From: Acidobacteriota bacterium
GTDB taxonomy: Bacteria > Acidobacteriota > UBA4820 > DSQY01
DNA length: 64,000 nucleotides
Reading direction: 5' to 3'
NCBI GenBank assembly: GCA_049967655.1
Contig: JBMFSH010000001.1
Span: 96,001 to 160,000, forward strand
In this document: one piece after another, positions 52,293-61,628 of the stretch
Position numbering within the stretch: position 1 is the stretch's first letter
How the letters are laid out: each line of letters begins with the position of its first letter
Made by a program: the position numbers and the translations under genes
Notes under the pieces: model-generated
Told to the model about the DNA's origin: nothing
Database searches by the model: none
What the model saw: the letters and a program-made list of their open reading frames with translations, nothing else

Positions 52293-54415
52293 TGTCCGTG
52301 TACCCGCGTGGCTTCTGGGCTTTGATTGTAGCCGCGGCCATGGCGGCGGCGAGCGTTAGCGCAGCCAGCCCGGTCGTGCCGCCGGGGGCCGCGAGAAGGC
52401 CCAATCTTCTGATCATCACGCTGGATACCACGCGGGCCGACCATCTCGGCTGTTACGGAGACGGGCAGGCCGAGACCCCGACCCTCGACGGGCTGGCCCG
52501 TACAGGGGTTCTCTTCGAGGAGGCCCACAGCCACGTGCCCTTGACGCTGCCCTCCCACGCCGTCCTGATGACTGGGGACCTCCCCTCGACGCTGAACCTC
52601 CGTGTCAACGGACTCAACTTCAAGGCCGGCGCGGTTCCCCTGGCCTCCATCTTGAAAAGCCGGGGCTATTGGACGGTCGCGGTGGTCTCATCGGTGATCC
52701 TGGATCGCGCCCGGGGCCTGAATCAGGGGTTCATGCACTACGACGACCGGATGACCATCAGCTCCCAGCCCGGGGCGCCGCCCGAGGAGCGGCCCGGCGG
52801 GGAGGTGAGCGACGCGGCGCTGGCCGCCGTCAAGTCTGTGAAGGCCCCGTTCTTCCTCTGGGTGCATTATTACGATGCGCACTTCCCTTACCGCCCGCCC
52901 GAGCCCTATGCCAAGGAGTTCCGTGGGCGCCCCTACGACGGCGAGATCGCCTACATGGACGCTTCCATCGGGAGGCTTCTGGAGGGCCTGCGAAGCCAGG
53001 GGCGCCTCGATGACACGCTGGTGGTGGTAACGGGCGACCACGGAGAGGGCCTCATGGAACACGGCGAGCGCCAGCACGGCGTTTTCCTGTACGAGTACGC
53101 CCTGCGCGTTCCCCTCATCCTGGCCTGGAGGGGCCACCTTCCCGAGGGCCGGAGGATCCCCGACCTGTGCGGCCTGGCCGACGTCGCGCCCACCGTTCTT
53201 ACTCTCATGGACATTCCACCCCCCGCGAAGACAGACGGCGAAAGCCTCGTGCCTCTGCTGAAGGGCGGATCGCCGCCCTCCAGAAGCCTGTACATCGAGT
53301 CCTACCACGGCTTCTTCACGTACGGGTGGGCGCCCCTGAGGGGCATCATGACGGACCGCTGGAAATTCATCGAGGCCCCGAAGCCGGAGCTCTACGAGTG
53401 GCGGAAGTCAGAAACGCGGAACCTCTACCGGCCCGATGCGCCCGAAGTGGCCGAGGCGAGGAAGGCGCTGGCCGGCTACCCCGAAGCCGACCGGGGTGAG
53501 CGGGCGGCCATGGAGAGCCTGCTCAAGGACCCCTCCAACACCGAAACCCTCCGTCAGCTCATGAGCCTGGGGTACCTTTCGGGCGGCGGCACCCGTCCGG
53601 ACGCTCCCGGCCTTCTGGATCCGAAGGATGCCATCGGAATCGAGGAGGAGCTGAGGGAAGCCAACGACATGATGGATTTGGGGAACCCGCGCGAGGGAAC
53701 GCAGAAGCTCCTCGGCGTACTGAAGAGGAACCCCCAGAATGTTCCGGCCCTCTCCATGCTGGGAATCGCCTACATGAAGGCGGGGCGGCTCGACAAGGCC
53801 CAGGTCTGCTTTCAAGAGGAAATCCGCCTGAAGCCCCAAATAGACACGGCCCACCTCAACCTGGGCACGGTGTACAAGCGCACCGGCAGGCCGGAACTCG
53901 CGGAGCGGGAGTACAGGGCGGCCCTCGCGCTCTCCCCCCGCATGCCCGAGGCGGTGGCGAGCTTGGCTCAGATCCTGCTCGGCCAGAAGAGGACCGCCGA
54001 GGCCCGGGAGGTGCTGGAGCCAGCCCTCTCCGCTCACGTGGAGAGCGCCGACATCTACTTCGAGAAGGGAGTGCTCGAAGCCATGACCCAGAACTGGGAG
54101 GCGGCCCGATTCGCCTTTACCAAGGTGCTCACCCTGGACCCGCGGCGGGATGAAGCCATGGCCAATCTCGGACGCATCGCCTTCCAGCAGGGAAGGGTGG
54201 ACGAGGCCATCGCCCAGTACGAGAGGGCGCTCCGCCTTTCCCCTCAAAACGTTGAAGTCCTGGCCACGGTGGGCTCCCTCTATCTCAACGGGAAAAATGA
54301 CCAGGGTCATGCGCTCAGGTACTTCCAGCGGGCCCTGGCCGCCGATCCATACGGTCCCAGGGCCAAGGATCTCCGGGAGATGGTCCGGGCGCTCCAGGCG
54401 GCCGGAGGCGAATAG
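52292..54415 (+). CDS. Sulfatase-like (alkaline phosphatase superfamily) protein with C-terminal TPRs
   Basis: NLLIITLDTTRADHLG, PLTLPSHA, WVHYYDAH, YDGEIAYMD, GDHGEGL, many TPRs. Confidence 0.88.
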   Translation: MSVYPRGFWALIVAAAMAAASVSAASPVVPPGAARRPNLLIITLDTTRADHLGCYGDGQAETPTLDGLARTGVLFEEAHSHVPLTLPSHAVLMTGDLPSTLNLRVNGLNFKAGAVPLASILKSRGYWTVAVVSSVILDRARGLNQGFMHYDDRMTISSQPGAPPEERPGGEVSDAALAAVKSVKAPFFLWVHYYDAHFPYRPPEPYAKEFRGRPYDGEIAYMDASIGRLLEGLRSQGRLDDTLVVVTGDHGEGLMEHGERQHGVFLYEYALRVPLILAWRGHLPEGRRIPDLCGLADVAPTVLTLMDIPPPAKTDGESLVPLLKGGSPPSRSLYIESYHGFFTYGWAPLRGIMTDRWKFIEAPKPELYEWRKSETRNLYRPDAPEVAEARKALAGYPEADRGERAAMESLLKDPSNTETLRQLMSLGYLSGGGTRPDAPGLLDPKDAIGIEEELREANDMMDLGNPREGTQKLLGVLKRNPQNVPALSMLGIAYMKAGRLDKAQVCFQEEIRLKPQIDTAHLNLGTVYKRTGRPELAEREYRAALALSPRMPEAVASLAQILLGQKRTAEAREVLEPALSAHVESADIYFEKGVLEAMTQNWEAARFAFTKVLTLDPRRDEAMANLGRIAFQQGRVDEAIAQYERALRLSPQNVEVLATVGSLYLNGKNDQGHALRYFQRALAADPYGPRAKDLREMVRALQAAGGE

Positions 54416-54471
54416 GAAGGGCGCGAGAAGGCGCTTGTCATGCCGGAGTCAGTTCTTGGAAGGGGGAATCG

Positions 54472-55467
54472 ATGAAGCGAGTGGTGGCCCGGGCGGCCGC
54501 TCGGGTGGATCTGGCGGGAGGGAGCCTCGACCTCTGGCCCATTGGCGTCATGTTGCCCGGCGCCAGGACGCTCAACGTGGCGGTGGGATTGTACGCCACG
54601 GCCCAGTGCGAGCCCAACGGCCAGCCGGGAGTCCACCTGATTTCACGGGATCTCCAGGCGGACTATATCTGGCGGCCCGGGGAAGCGCCGGGCCCCCTGG
54701 CGCTCGCCGAGCGCCTGTGCGAGGCCTACGGCGTGGTCCGCGGGTGGACCGTGGTGACTTCCAGCGAGATCCCCCACGGAAGCGGTCTGGGGGGCTCCTC
54801 GGCGCTCTCCGTGGCGCTGGCGCTGGCGCTCGGGAAGTCCGTGCACAGGCATCCGGGGGCGGGGAGAATGGTGGCGGAGTGCCGCGACCTGGAGGCGGCC
54901 CACCTCCGGATACCCACGGGAGTCCAGGACTTCTGGCCGGCCCTCATGGGTGGCGTGATACGCCTGCGCTATCCGGCCGGAGGAGCCCAGGCGGAGCGCC
55001 TTCCGGTCTCGCTCAAGGCCTTTGAAACCCGCATGGTGGTGGCCTTCAGTGGGCAGAGCCGCCTCTCCGCCCGGACCAACTGGGACCTCATGAAGCGGTT
55101 TCTCGACGGAGATGACAAGGTACGTCGCTGCTTGGCGGGAATTGCCCAGACGGCTGGACTCATGGAGGAGCAGCTGCTGGTGGGCAATTGGGATGCTGTG
55201 GGGCCCCTGATGTCCGAGGAGTGGGGGTTTCGCAAGGGCCTGGCGGAGGGCATCTCCACTCCCGTCATGGACATGGCCCTGGATGTGGCCGCATCCGCCG
55301 GCAGCTTGGGGGGGAAGGGCTGCGGCGCGGGCGGCGGGGGCTGCCTTGCATTTTGGACCCGGGAGGGCGCACATTTGGCCGTGGAGGAGGCGCTCCGGGA
55401 CGGAGGGTTGCGGGTCTTGTCGGCCCGGCCCGTTGACTGTGGCAGCTCCGTGGAGGTTGAGTCATGA
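54472..55467 (+). CDS. GHMP kinase (HddA/heptose-phosphate kinase-like)
   Basis: RVDLAGGSLD, PHGSGLGGSSA, GVQD, KGCGAGGGG. Confidence 0.85.
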   Translation: MKRVVARAAARVDLAGGSLDLWPIGVMLPGARTLNVAVGLYATAQCEPNGQPGVHLISRDLQADYIWRPGEAPGPLALAERLCEAYGVVRGWTVVTSSEIPHGSGLGGSSALSVALALALGKSVHRHPGAGRMVAECRDLEAAHLRIPTGVQDFWPALMGGVIRLRYPAGGAQAERLPVSLKAFETRMVVAFSGQSRLSARTNWDLMKRFLDGDDKVRRCLAGIAQTAGLMEEQLLVGNWDAVGPLMSEEWGFRKGLAEGISTPVMDMALDVAASAGSLGGKGCGAGGGGCLAFWTREGAHLAVEEALRDGGLRVLSARPVDCGSSVEVES

Positions 55468-56009
55468 AACGCTTGCTGGCTGGGCTGGTGCTGGCCCTGG
55501 CGTTTGGTTTGGCGGCGGTACGCGCCCAGGAGGTGGTGGTCTTTCGGGACTACCGCTCCCTGGTGGTGCAAAGCCACTATGTCCAAGGCGAATGGACGTA
55601 TTTCCGGGTCGGCAGCGGGGAGATGGCCGTCCTCACGAAGGAGATCCTCCAGATCAGGAACGAGCTGGCCCAACCCGTCTCCACGGCGCAGGCCCCCTAT
55701 TCGCCGCCCGTCAACCATTTCACCCCTCCTGCCGCGCGGCCACCGGTGGCCCGGCCCATGCCTCCCCGCATGAATTTTCCCGCTGCGGCCCAGGCGCCGG
55801 ACTTCAACAAAGCTCCCGAAGAGACGGAACCGGACGAGGAGGAGCCCGAATCGGCCTCCCCGGACGAGGAGGATGAGGAGGAGCCTCCGGTGGTTCAGCC
55901 TCCTGCCCCTGGAGTCCCGCACCCGGTCCCTGGACGGCCCGGCTTTCCCATGATTGTTCCCCAGCCCGGACAATCGGTCCCTCGAGACGGTGCCTCCAAC
56001 CTCCGCTGA
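55464..56009 (+). CDS. Hypothetical exported Pro/Glu-rich protein
   Basis: Signal peptide (AVRA), small beta domain, low-complexity tail; ATGA overlap with the GHMP gene. Confidence 0.65.
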   Translation: MKRLLAGLVLALAFGLAAVRAQEVVVFRDYRSLVVQSHYVQGEWTYFRVGSGEMAVLTKEILQIRNELAQPVSTAQAPYSPPVNHFTPPAARPPVARPMPPRMNFPAAAQAPDFNKAPEETEPDEEEPESASPDEEDEEEPPVVQPPAPGVPHPVPGRPGFPMIVPQPGQSVPRDGASNLR

Positions 56010-56862
56010 CCCGGGGGTAGTGCTCACGGTGGACGTGGAGGAGTGGTTCCACGCCCCCGAACACCCGCTGGGCAGGGATAGCGCCCAGTGGGACCGGTTG
56101 CCCCCCTCGCTGCCGTCGGCCATCGGCAGAACCTTGGATCTTCTTGAATCCATGCAGGTTCGGGCCACCTTCTTCACCTTGGGCTGGGTCGCCCAGAAGC
56201 ATCCCGCCCTGGTCCGGCGGATCGCCGGGGCCGGCCACGAGATCGGGTGCCACGGCTGGGGTCACACTCCCCTGGACCGGTTGGAGCCGGATGCCTTTCG
56301 TCACGATCTGGACCGTAGCCGGACGGTCCTTCAGGACCTGCTGGGTTTGGAGGTGTCCGCTTACAGGGCGCCGCGATGGTCCATGGGCCGAAGGCGCTGG
56401 CCCTATCCCATCCTTGCGGAGAAGGGATTCAAGATCTCCTCGAGCCGCCTCTGCATAGCCGGTCTCGGTCTGGGGCAGAACCACCCGAAGCGCATCGAGG
56501 GGGTGCTCGAAATTCCGGCCCTCTCGGCGCGCTTTTTCGGGATGCCCCTCCCCGCCGGCGGGACCCTCGCTCTCCGAATCCTCCCTCTGGGCTGGCTGCT
56601 GCGAGTCCGTCATCGCCGCGCCGTCAGAGGGTGGCCGGCGGTCTACTGGTTTCACCCTTGGGAGGTGGATCCGCAGGCCCCCCGCCTGCAAGCGGGCGCC
56701 CTCCTCAGGGCCGTGAGGTACGGGGCTCTGAAGAGGCTGCCCGCACGCTTAACTGCGCTAGTGCCGACGGGTGATTGCACCCTCTCCAGGGCTGCAGACC
56801 GCTGGGCGGCGGCCCAGCAGACGCCTTTGTCACGAGAAGGTGTAGAAATAATAGGCAAATAA
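55990..56862 (+). CDS. Polysaccharide deacetylase (NodB/DUF3473-type)
   Basis: LTVDVEEWF, ATFFTLGW, HEIGCHGWGH, YRAP, FHPWEVDP; start uncertain (55954-56020). Confidence 0.85.
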   Translation: MPPTSADPGVVLTVDVEEWFHAPEHPLGRDSAQWDRLPPSLPSAIGRTLDLLESMQVRATFFTLGWVAQKHPALVRRIAGAGHEIGCHGWGHTPLDRLEPDAFRHDLDRSRTVLQDLLGLEVSAYRAPRWSMGRRRWPYPILAEKGFKISSSRLCIAGLGLGQNHPKRIEGVLEIPALSARFFGMPLPAGGTLALRILPLGWLLRVRHRRAVRGWPAVYWFHPWEVDPQAPRLQAGALLRAVRYGALKRLPARLTALVPTGDCTLSRAADRWAAAQQTPLSREGVEIIGK

Positions 56863-57018
56863 GCGTTATATGCACCACTCATGGGTGGGATTGCCCAGCG
56901 CCTCCTGTTCCCCTTCATCCGCGCCAATCCCTGGGGCGAGTTGGATCCTACACTAGCCTCCTGGACCGAATCGGTCCTTTCCCGCGGACCGGTGGAATGA
57001 GGAAGGGAGGCACCCGGG

Positions 57019-59136
57019 GTGAGTCAGGATCGGCATGGATCGGGACCGGGGCTCCCCCGGTTCCGCCGCCAGTTCGTCCCCACACCCCTCAGTGCGCGGC
57101 GATTGGGCTTGGCCCCTCTGGTTGTTGCGGGGCTGCTCCGGATGGCGTTGGGTGCGGCGGTTCCCGCCCGCGCGGCGGTTCCCGATGCGGATTGCCTGGC
57201 CTGCCATTCGGAGGTTTCCATGGCGGCCCAGAGCCCTGGTGATCCCCGGCTCCTGCATCTGGGGCCGGTGGGCCGCGAGAAGCTCACCCTGCAAGTAACA
57301 AACAAGAGCCTCGCGGGCTCGGTGCACGCGGGCTTGGCCTGCACGGACTGCCATCAGGGCATCACCGAGATCCCACACGCGGAGAAACTGCCGTTGGTGG
57401 ACTGTGGCGGGTGCCACGCCGATCAGGCGGAAGCGGTGAGCGAGGGTATCCATGCCGCGAAGAAGGATGGACCCCACTACACGCCCCAGTGCTGGAACTG
57501 TCACGGAGCGCATCAGATCAGGCCGAAGACCGATCCCGCCTCCCCCGTCTACCCGGTGAACGTTCCTGGGACCTGTGGCGCCTGCCACGGCGACGCCAAG
57601 CTCATGGCGGCTGCGGGCGTGGTGATCACCGATCCGCTGAAGAACTACATGAAGAGCGATCATTGGCGGATGTTGAGCTCGGGCAAGACGCTCGTGGCGG
57701 CCACCTGCGCCGACTGCCACGGCGCACACAAAATCCTGCCCTCCACGAACCCCAAATCGCCCATATACAAGCTGAACGTCCCCAAGACCTGCGGGAAGTG
57801 CCACTCGGGTATTGAGGCCAGGTACGCGCGCAGCGTCCACGGCAAAGCCCTCGAGGAGGGCAACCTCGAGGCACCCTCCTGCAACAACTGCCACGGAGAG
57901 CACGACATCGAGGGCCCCAAGAGGCCGACGAGCACCGTCTATCCGCCCACGGTCGCTCAGACCACCTGTCCACAGTGCCACGCGTCGGTGCGTCTGTCCG
58001 AGCGCTTCAATCTGCCGACTGGTATGGTCCAATCGTACAAGGCCTCTTTTCACGGGCTGGCGTCGAGCTACGGGCAAACCGACGTGGCGAACTGCGCTTC
58101 TTGCCATGGCGCACATGAAATTCTCCCGGCGAGTGATCCCGCCTCTTCGGTCAATCCGGCCAACTTGCAGAAGACCTGCGGGAAATGCCATCCGGCCGCC
58201 ACGAAGGCCTTCGCCAGCATCAACATCCACAGCCAGATTTCGCCCGCTTCCTCTCCCGTCCTTTTCTGGATCCAGTCGCTGTACCTCTGGCTCATCGCGC
58301 TGGTGGTGGGAGGCCTTGCGCTGCATCAACTGATGGACTATCTCAGGCGCTACCGGGTGACCATCGAAATGCTGAATCCCGAGGCCGTCTACAGGAGAAT
58401 GACGGGGGGCGAGAGGCTGCAGCACTTCCTGCTCCTCAGCTCCTTCTTCACTCTGGTGGTCACGGGCTTCGCCCTCAAGTATCCGGATTCGCTGTGGTCC
58501 ATTCCCTTCAAGTGGGTATCGGTGGGCTTCGACATCCGGGGCTGGCTCCACCGCGCCGCGGCCTTGGTCATGATCGGCGATGCCCTCTACCACCTCGTCT
58601 ACGTGGTCAGTACGAAGCGCGGCCGGGCGTTCGTCCGGGACATCATGCCGGCGGCCTCGGACGTGAGGGAATTCTTCCAGCAGATCGGCTACTACTTGGG
58701 TATAAGATCTCGCGAAGCCGATTTCGGACGCTTCTCCTACGCTGAAAAGGTGGAGTACCTGGCGCTGGTCTGGGGCACCGCCGTCATGGTCGCCACGGGA
58801 TTCGTATTGTGGTTCAAGGAATTCTTCACGGCCTACCTTCCCGAATGGGGCTACAAGGCCGCGGAGATGATCCACTTCTACGAGGCCGTTCTCGCCTTCA
58901 TGACGATCATCATCTGGCACCTTTACGCGGTCTTCGTGCATACTGACAGCCCCCCCTTCAACCCGACGTGGCTAACCGGTCGGATGACGCGGAGGATGCT
59001 CGAGCATCATCATCCTAGGGCCTTGAAACAAATCATGGCGGAGAAGGAACAGGCGAATGCCGAAAAACGGGAGCCGGAAACGGTAGGTGTGCCTGATCCC
59101 GACGGGCTGGACTCGGCGCGCGATAAGAGGCCATAA
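57019..59136 (+). CDS. Multiheme cytochrome c (11 CxxCH) fused to a cytochrome b membrane domain, CbcL-like
   Basis: CLACH, CTDCH, CGGCH, CWNCH, CGACH, CADCH, CGKCH, CNNCH, CPQCH, CASCH, CGKCH; TM domain with ERLQH, WLHR, FSYAEKVEY, IHFYEA, WHLY. Confidence 0.92.
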   Translation: MSQDRHGSGPGLPRFRRQFVPTPLSARRLGLAPLVVAGLLRMALGAAVPARAAVPDADCLACHSEVSMAAQSPGDPRLLHLGPVGREKLTLQVTNKSLAGSVHAGLACTDCHQGITEIPHAEKLPLVDCGGCHADQAEAVSEGIHAAKKDGPHYTPQCWNCHGAHQIRPKTDPASPVYPVNVPGTCGACHGDAKLMAAAGVVITDPLKNYMKSDHWRMLSSGKTLVAATCADCHGAHKILPSTNPKSPIYKLNVPKTCGKCHSGIEARYARSVHGKALEEGNLEAPSCNNCHGEHDIEGPKRPTSTVYPPTVAQTTCPQCHASVRLSERFNLPTGMVQSYKASFHGLASSYGQTDVANCASCHGAHEILPASDPASSVNPANLQKTCGKCHPAATKAFASINIHSQISPASSPVLFWIQSLYLWLIALVVGGLALHQLMDYLRRYRVTIEMLNPEAVYRRMTGGERLQHFLLLSSFFTLVVTGFALKYPDSLWSIPFKWVSVGFDIRGWLHRAAALVMIGDALYHLVYVVSTKRGRAFVRDIMPAASDVREFFQQIGYYLGIRSREADFGRFSYAEKVEYLALVWGTAVMVATGFVLWFKEFFTAYLPEWGYKAAEMIHFYEAVLAFMTIIIWHLYAVFVHTDSPPFNPTWLTGRMTRRMLEHHHPRALKQIMAEKEQANAEKREPETVGVPDPDGLDSARDKRP

Positions 59137-59160
59137 TGCAGCCCTGAGGAGACTCGGGGC

Positions 59161-59852
59161 ATGAGCAAGAGCGCCTGGCGGAGATGGAAGCAGAACCTCA
59201 TACTGGCGTTAGGGCCGCTCCCGCTCGCGCTTGCCCTCAAGGCGCTTCACGCCACCCTGCGGATCACGATCGTGGGACGCGAAGAGTTGGAGAGCCATAA
59301 GAAGCGGGGCGGCCAGTACATCATGGCCTTCTGGCACGGCACCCTTCTGCTCATGGTCTTTGCCTACGTGGGGCGGAGGCTGACCTTCCTGGTCTCCTGG
59401 CACCGGGACGGAGAGCTGGTCACCCGCGTCATGAAGCACTTCGGCATGAACCCGACCCGCGGATCCTCCACCCGCGGGGGAATGCGCGCCCTCCACTCCC
59501 TGTTGAAGAAGGTGAAAGAGGGCTACGACGTGGCCTTTACCCCGGACGGCCCGAGGGGCCCCGCCAGGGTGGCGCAGATCGGGGTGATCCAGACCGCCAG
59601 GCTGTCGGGGTTGCCCATCGTCCCGATCGGCGTGGCTGCCCGTAAAAAAAAACGCTTCGCTCCTGGGATGAGTTCATGATTCCCTTTCCTTTTACGCGAG
59701 TGGCCATCGCCTATGGAGAGGCCATCTCGGTCCCGCGGGAGATCAGCCCGGAGGAGGCCGAAGCCCTCCGGTGCCGGGTGGAGGAAGGCCTGATCGCCGC
59801 AAACCGCGCGGCCGAAGAGAGCCTGCAAGGAGCCGCTCCATGGAGAGCATGA
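59161..59852 (+). CDS. DUF374/lysophospholipid acyltransferase family protein split by a -1 frame change at an A9 run
   Basis: AFWHG, SWHRDGE, RGSSTRGG, TPDGPRGP in frame 0 (stop at 59679); RSWDEFMIPFPFTRVAIAYGEAI continues in the -1 frame to 59852. Confidence 0.85.
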
Positions 59853-60712
59853 CCGGCTATGGCAGGCACCAGGCCGAGGCCGACGGGTTGAGGCTCCTCG
59901 TTGAGATTCGCGGCGTCAACAACAAGGGGCTGGACGTCCACCTCAGCCTCCCGGCCGCCCTGCTGTGCCACGAGATGGCCGTCCGCCAAAGGATCCGGTC
60001 CGCCGTAACCCGGGGCCGGGTGGAGGGAAGGGTCTCCCTCGAGTTCCTGGGCGAGCAGGCCGTCGAGGTGCACTATTCACAAGGCGTGGCCCAGGCCCTC
60101 GGCCACCTGGCATCCCGACTGCAGGACGAGGGCGTCCTGGCCAGGGGCATGACGCTCGGCGATTTCCTGGTCCTCCCGGACGCCGTCTCGGTGCGCCTCC
60201 GCCCCGACGCGGAAGCGCGGGCCGGAGAGCTGCTTCTCACCTGCGTGGAGAAAGCCCTCGAGCGCTTTCTTCAGACCCGCCGCGAGGAGGGCAGGCGCCT
60301 GGAGGAGCAGTTCCGGCAGGCGTCCGGCCACATGAAGGCCCACCTGGATGCCCTCGGGCCCATGCAGCTCCTCCAGGTGGAGACCGTTCGGGAGAGGCTG
60401 AATCAGAAGCTCCAGCAGGTCGCCATCTCCGTGGACGCCACGAGGGTGGAGCAGGAGGTGGTTTTAGCGGCGGAAAAGGCCGACGTGGAGGAGGAGGTAG
60501 TCAGGTTGAAGGCACACCACCGGGCCATGGAGGAGCTGCTGGAGAAGAATCCGGGAGACCTCGGGCGCCGGCTGGACCACCTCTTCCAAGAGATGTACAG
60601 GGAGATCTCCACGCTCCTGGCCAAAGCCACCTTCTTCGATCTGACCCAGGTCGCCCTGCGGCTGCGCCTGCTGGTCGAACAACTCCGCGAACAGGCCCAG
60701 AATGTCGCGTGA
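59840..60712 (+). CDS. yicC: YicC family protein
   Basis: MESMTGYG, EIRGVNNKGLD, RREEG, DVEEEVVRL, GRRLD, EQLREQAQNV; upstream of gmk. Confidence 0.9.
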   Translation: MESMTGYGRHQAEADGLRLLVEIRGVNNKGLDVHLSLPAALLCHEMAVRQRIRSAVTRGRVEGRVSLEFLGEQAVEVHYSQGVAQALGHLASRLQDEGVLARGMTLGDFLVLPDAVSVRLRPDAEARAGELLLTCVEKALERFLQTRREEGRRLEEQFRQASGHMKAHLDALGPMQLLQVETVRERLNQKLQQVAISVDATRVEQEVVLAAEKADVEEEVVRLKAHHRAMEELLEKNPGDLGRRLDHLFQEMYREISTLLAKATFFDLTQVALRLRLLVEQLREQAQNVA

Positions 60713-61358
60713 TCAGTCCTCCGGCCTCCTGCTCGTGCTCTCAGCCCCCACCGGCGGCGGCAAGACGACCATCGCCCGAAGGCTCGCAGCGCAGGATCCC
60801 CTGCTGCGCTTTTCGGTCTCCCATACCACCCGGAGTGCACGGCCCGGCGAGAGGGACGGCGTGGATTATCACTTCGTGGACGGAGACACCTTTCGGGAGA
60901 TGGCCGCGAGAGGTGAGTTCCTGGAATGGGCCAGGGTGCACGACCACGAATACGGCACCCACCGTTCGGAGTGGGAGAAGGCCAAGGCCGAGGGCCGGGA
61001 CCTCATCCTGGACATCGACGTGCAGGGGGGGCTCCAGGTGAAAAAGGCCGAACCGGGTGGTATCCTGGTATTTATTTTGCCCCCCTCTCTCCCGGTGCTG
61101 CTGGACCGCCTGGGGCGAAGAGCCGGGGAACAGGGGTTTGATTTGAGGCGCCGGCTGGAGACCGCCCTGGTCGAGCTTGAACTCGCTGGTTCTTATGACT
61201 ATAATGTTATCAATGAGGATCTGGATGGGGCGGTGGATGCCGTTGAGGCTATCGTGGCTTCCGCCCGTCTGCGCCCTCGCGCCTACGCGGCAAAGGTGGA
61301 CGAACTCCGACGAGAGATCACGCATTGGTTGAGGAGCACGAATGTTCATAGTGGATGA
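60702..61358 (+). CDS. gmk: Guanylate kinase
   Basis: SAPTGGGKTT, SVSHTTR--RPGE-DGVDYHF, FLEWA, YGT, LDIDVQG, FILPPS. Confidence 0.95.
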   Translation: MSRDQSSGLLLVLSAPTGGGKTTIARRLAAQDPLLRFSVSHTTRSARPGERDGVDYHFVDGDTFREMAARGEFLEWARVHDHEYGTHRSEWEKAKAEGRDLILDIDVQGGLQVKKAEPGGILVFILPPSLPVLLDRLGRRAGEQGFDLRRRLETALVELELAGSYDYNVINEDLDGAVDAVEAIVASARLRPRAYAAKVDELRREITHWLRSTNVHSG

Positions 61359-61578
61359 AAAGATCGGCAGCAAGTACAGGTTTGTGTTAATCTGTGCCCA
61401 GCGCACTAAGCAGTTGCTCGAAGGGGCCCAGACCAGGGTCGAAAGCCCTTTTCGCAAGCCGGCCTACGTGGCCATGCAGGAGGTTCTCGCAGGGAAAATC
61501 GATTGGAAGGTGAACGAGACCACGCCGCCGGCGCTTCCCGACAGCGGCGAAGTGTTGCAAGTCGAAGTGGGACCCTGA
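61342..61578 (+). CDS. rpoZ: RNA polymerase omega subunit
   Basis: SKYRFVLICAQRTKQL..KPAYVAMQE; follows gmk. Confidence 0.9.
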   Translation: MFIVDEKIGSKYRFVLICAQRTKQLLEGAQTRVESPFRKPAYVAMQEVLAGKIDWKVNETTPPALPDSGEVLQVEVGP

Positions 61579-61628
61579 ACCGTCCGAACAAACCAAATCT
61601 CGCCTTGTTTAAGAAAGGGGGAAAAGGA

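Noticed and set aside
59161..59679. Simple pseudogene
   Set aside because: Both halves are otherwise intact and the only lesion is at a slippery homopolymer; kept as a recoding candidate
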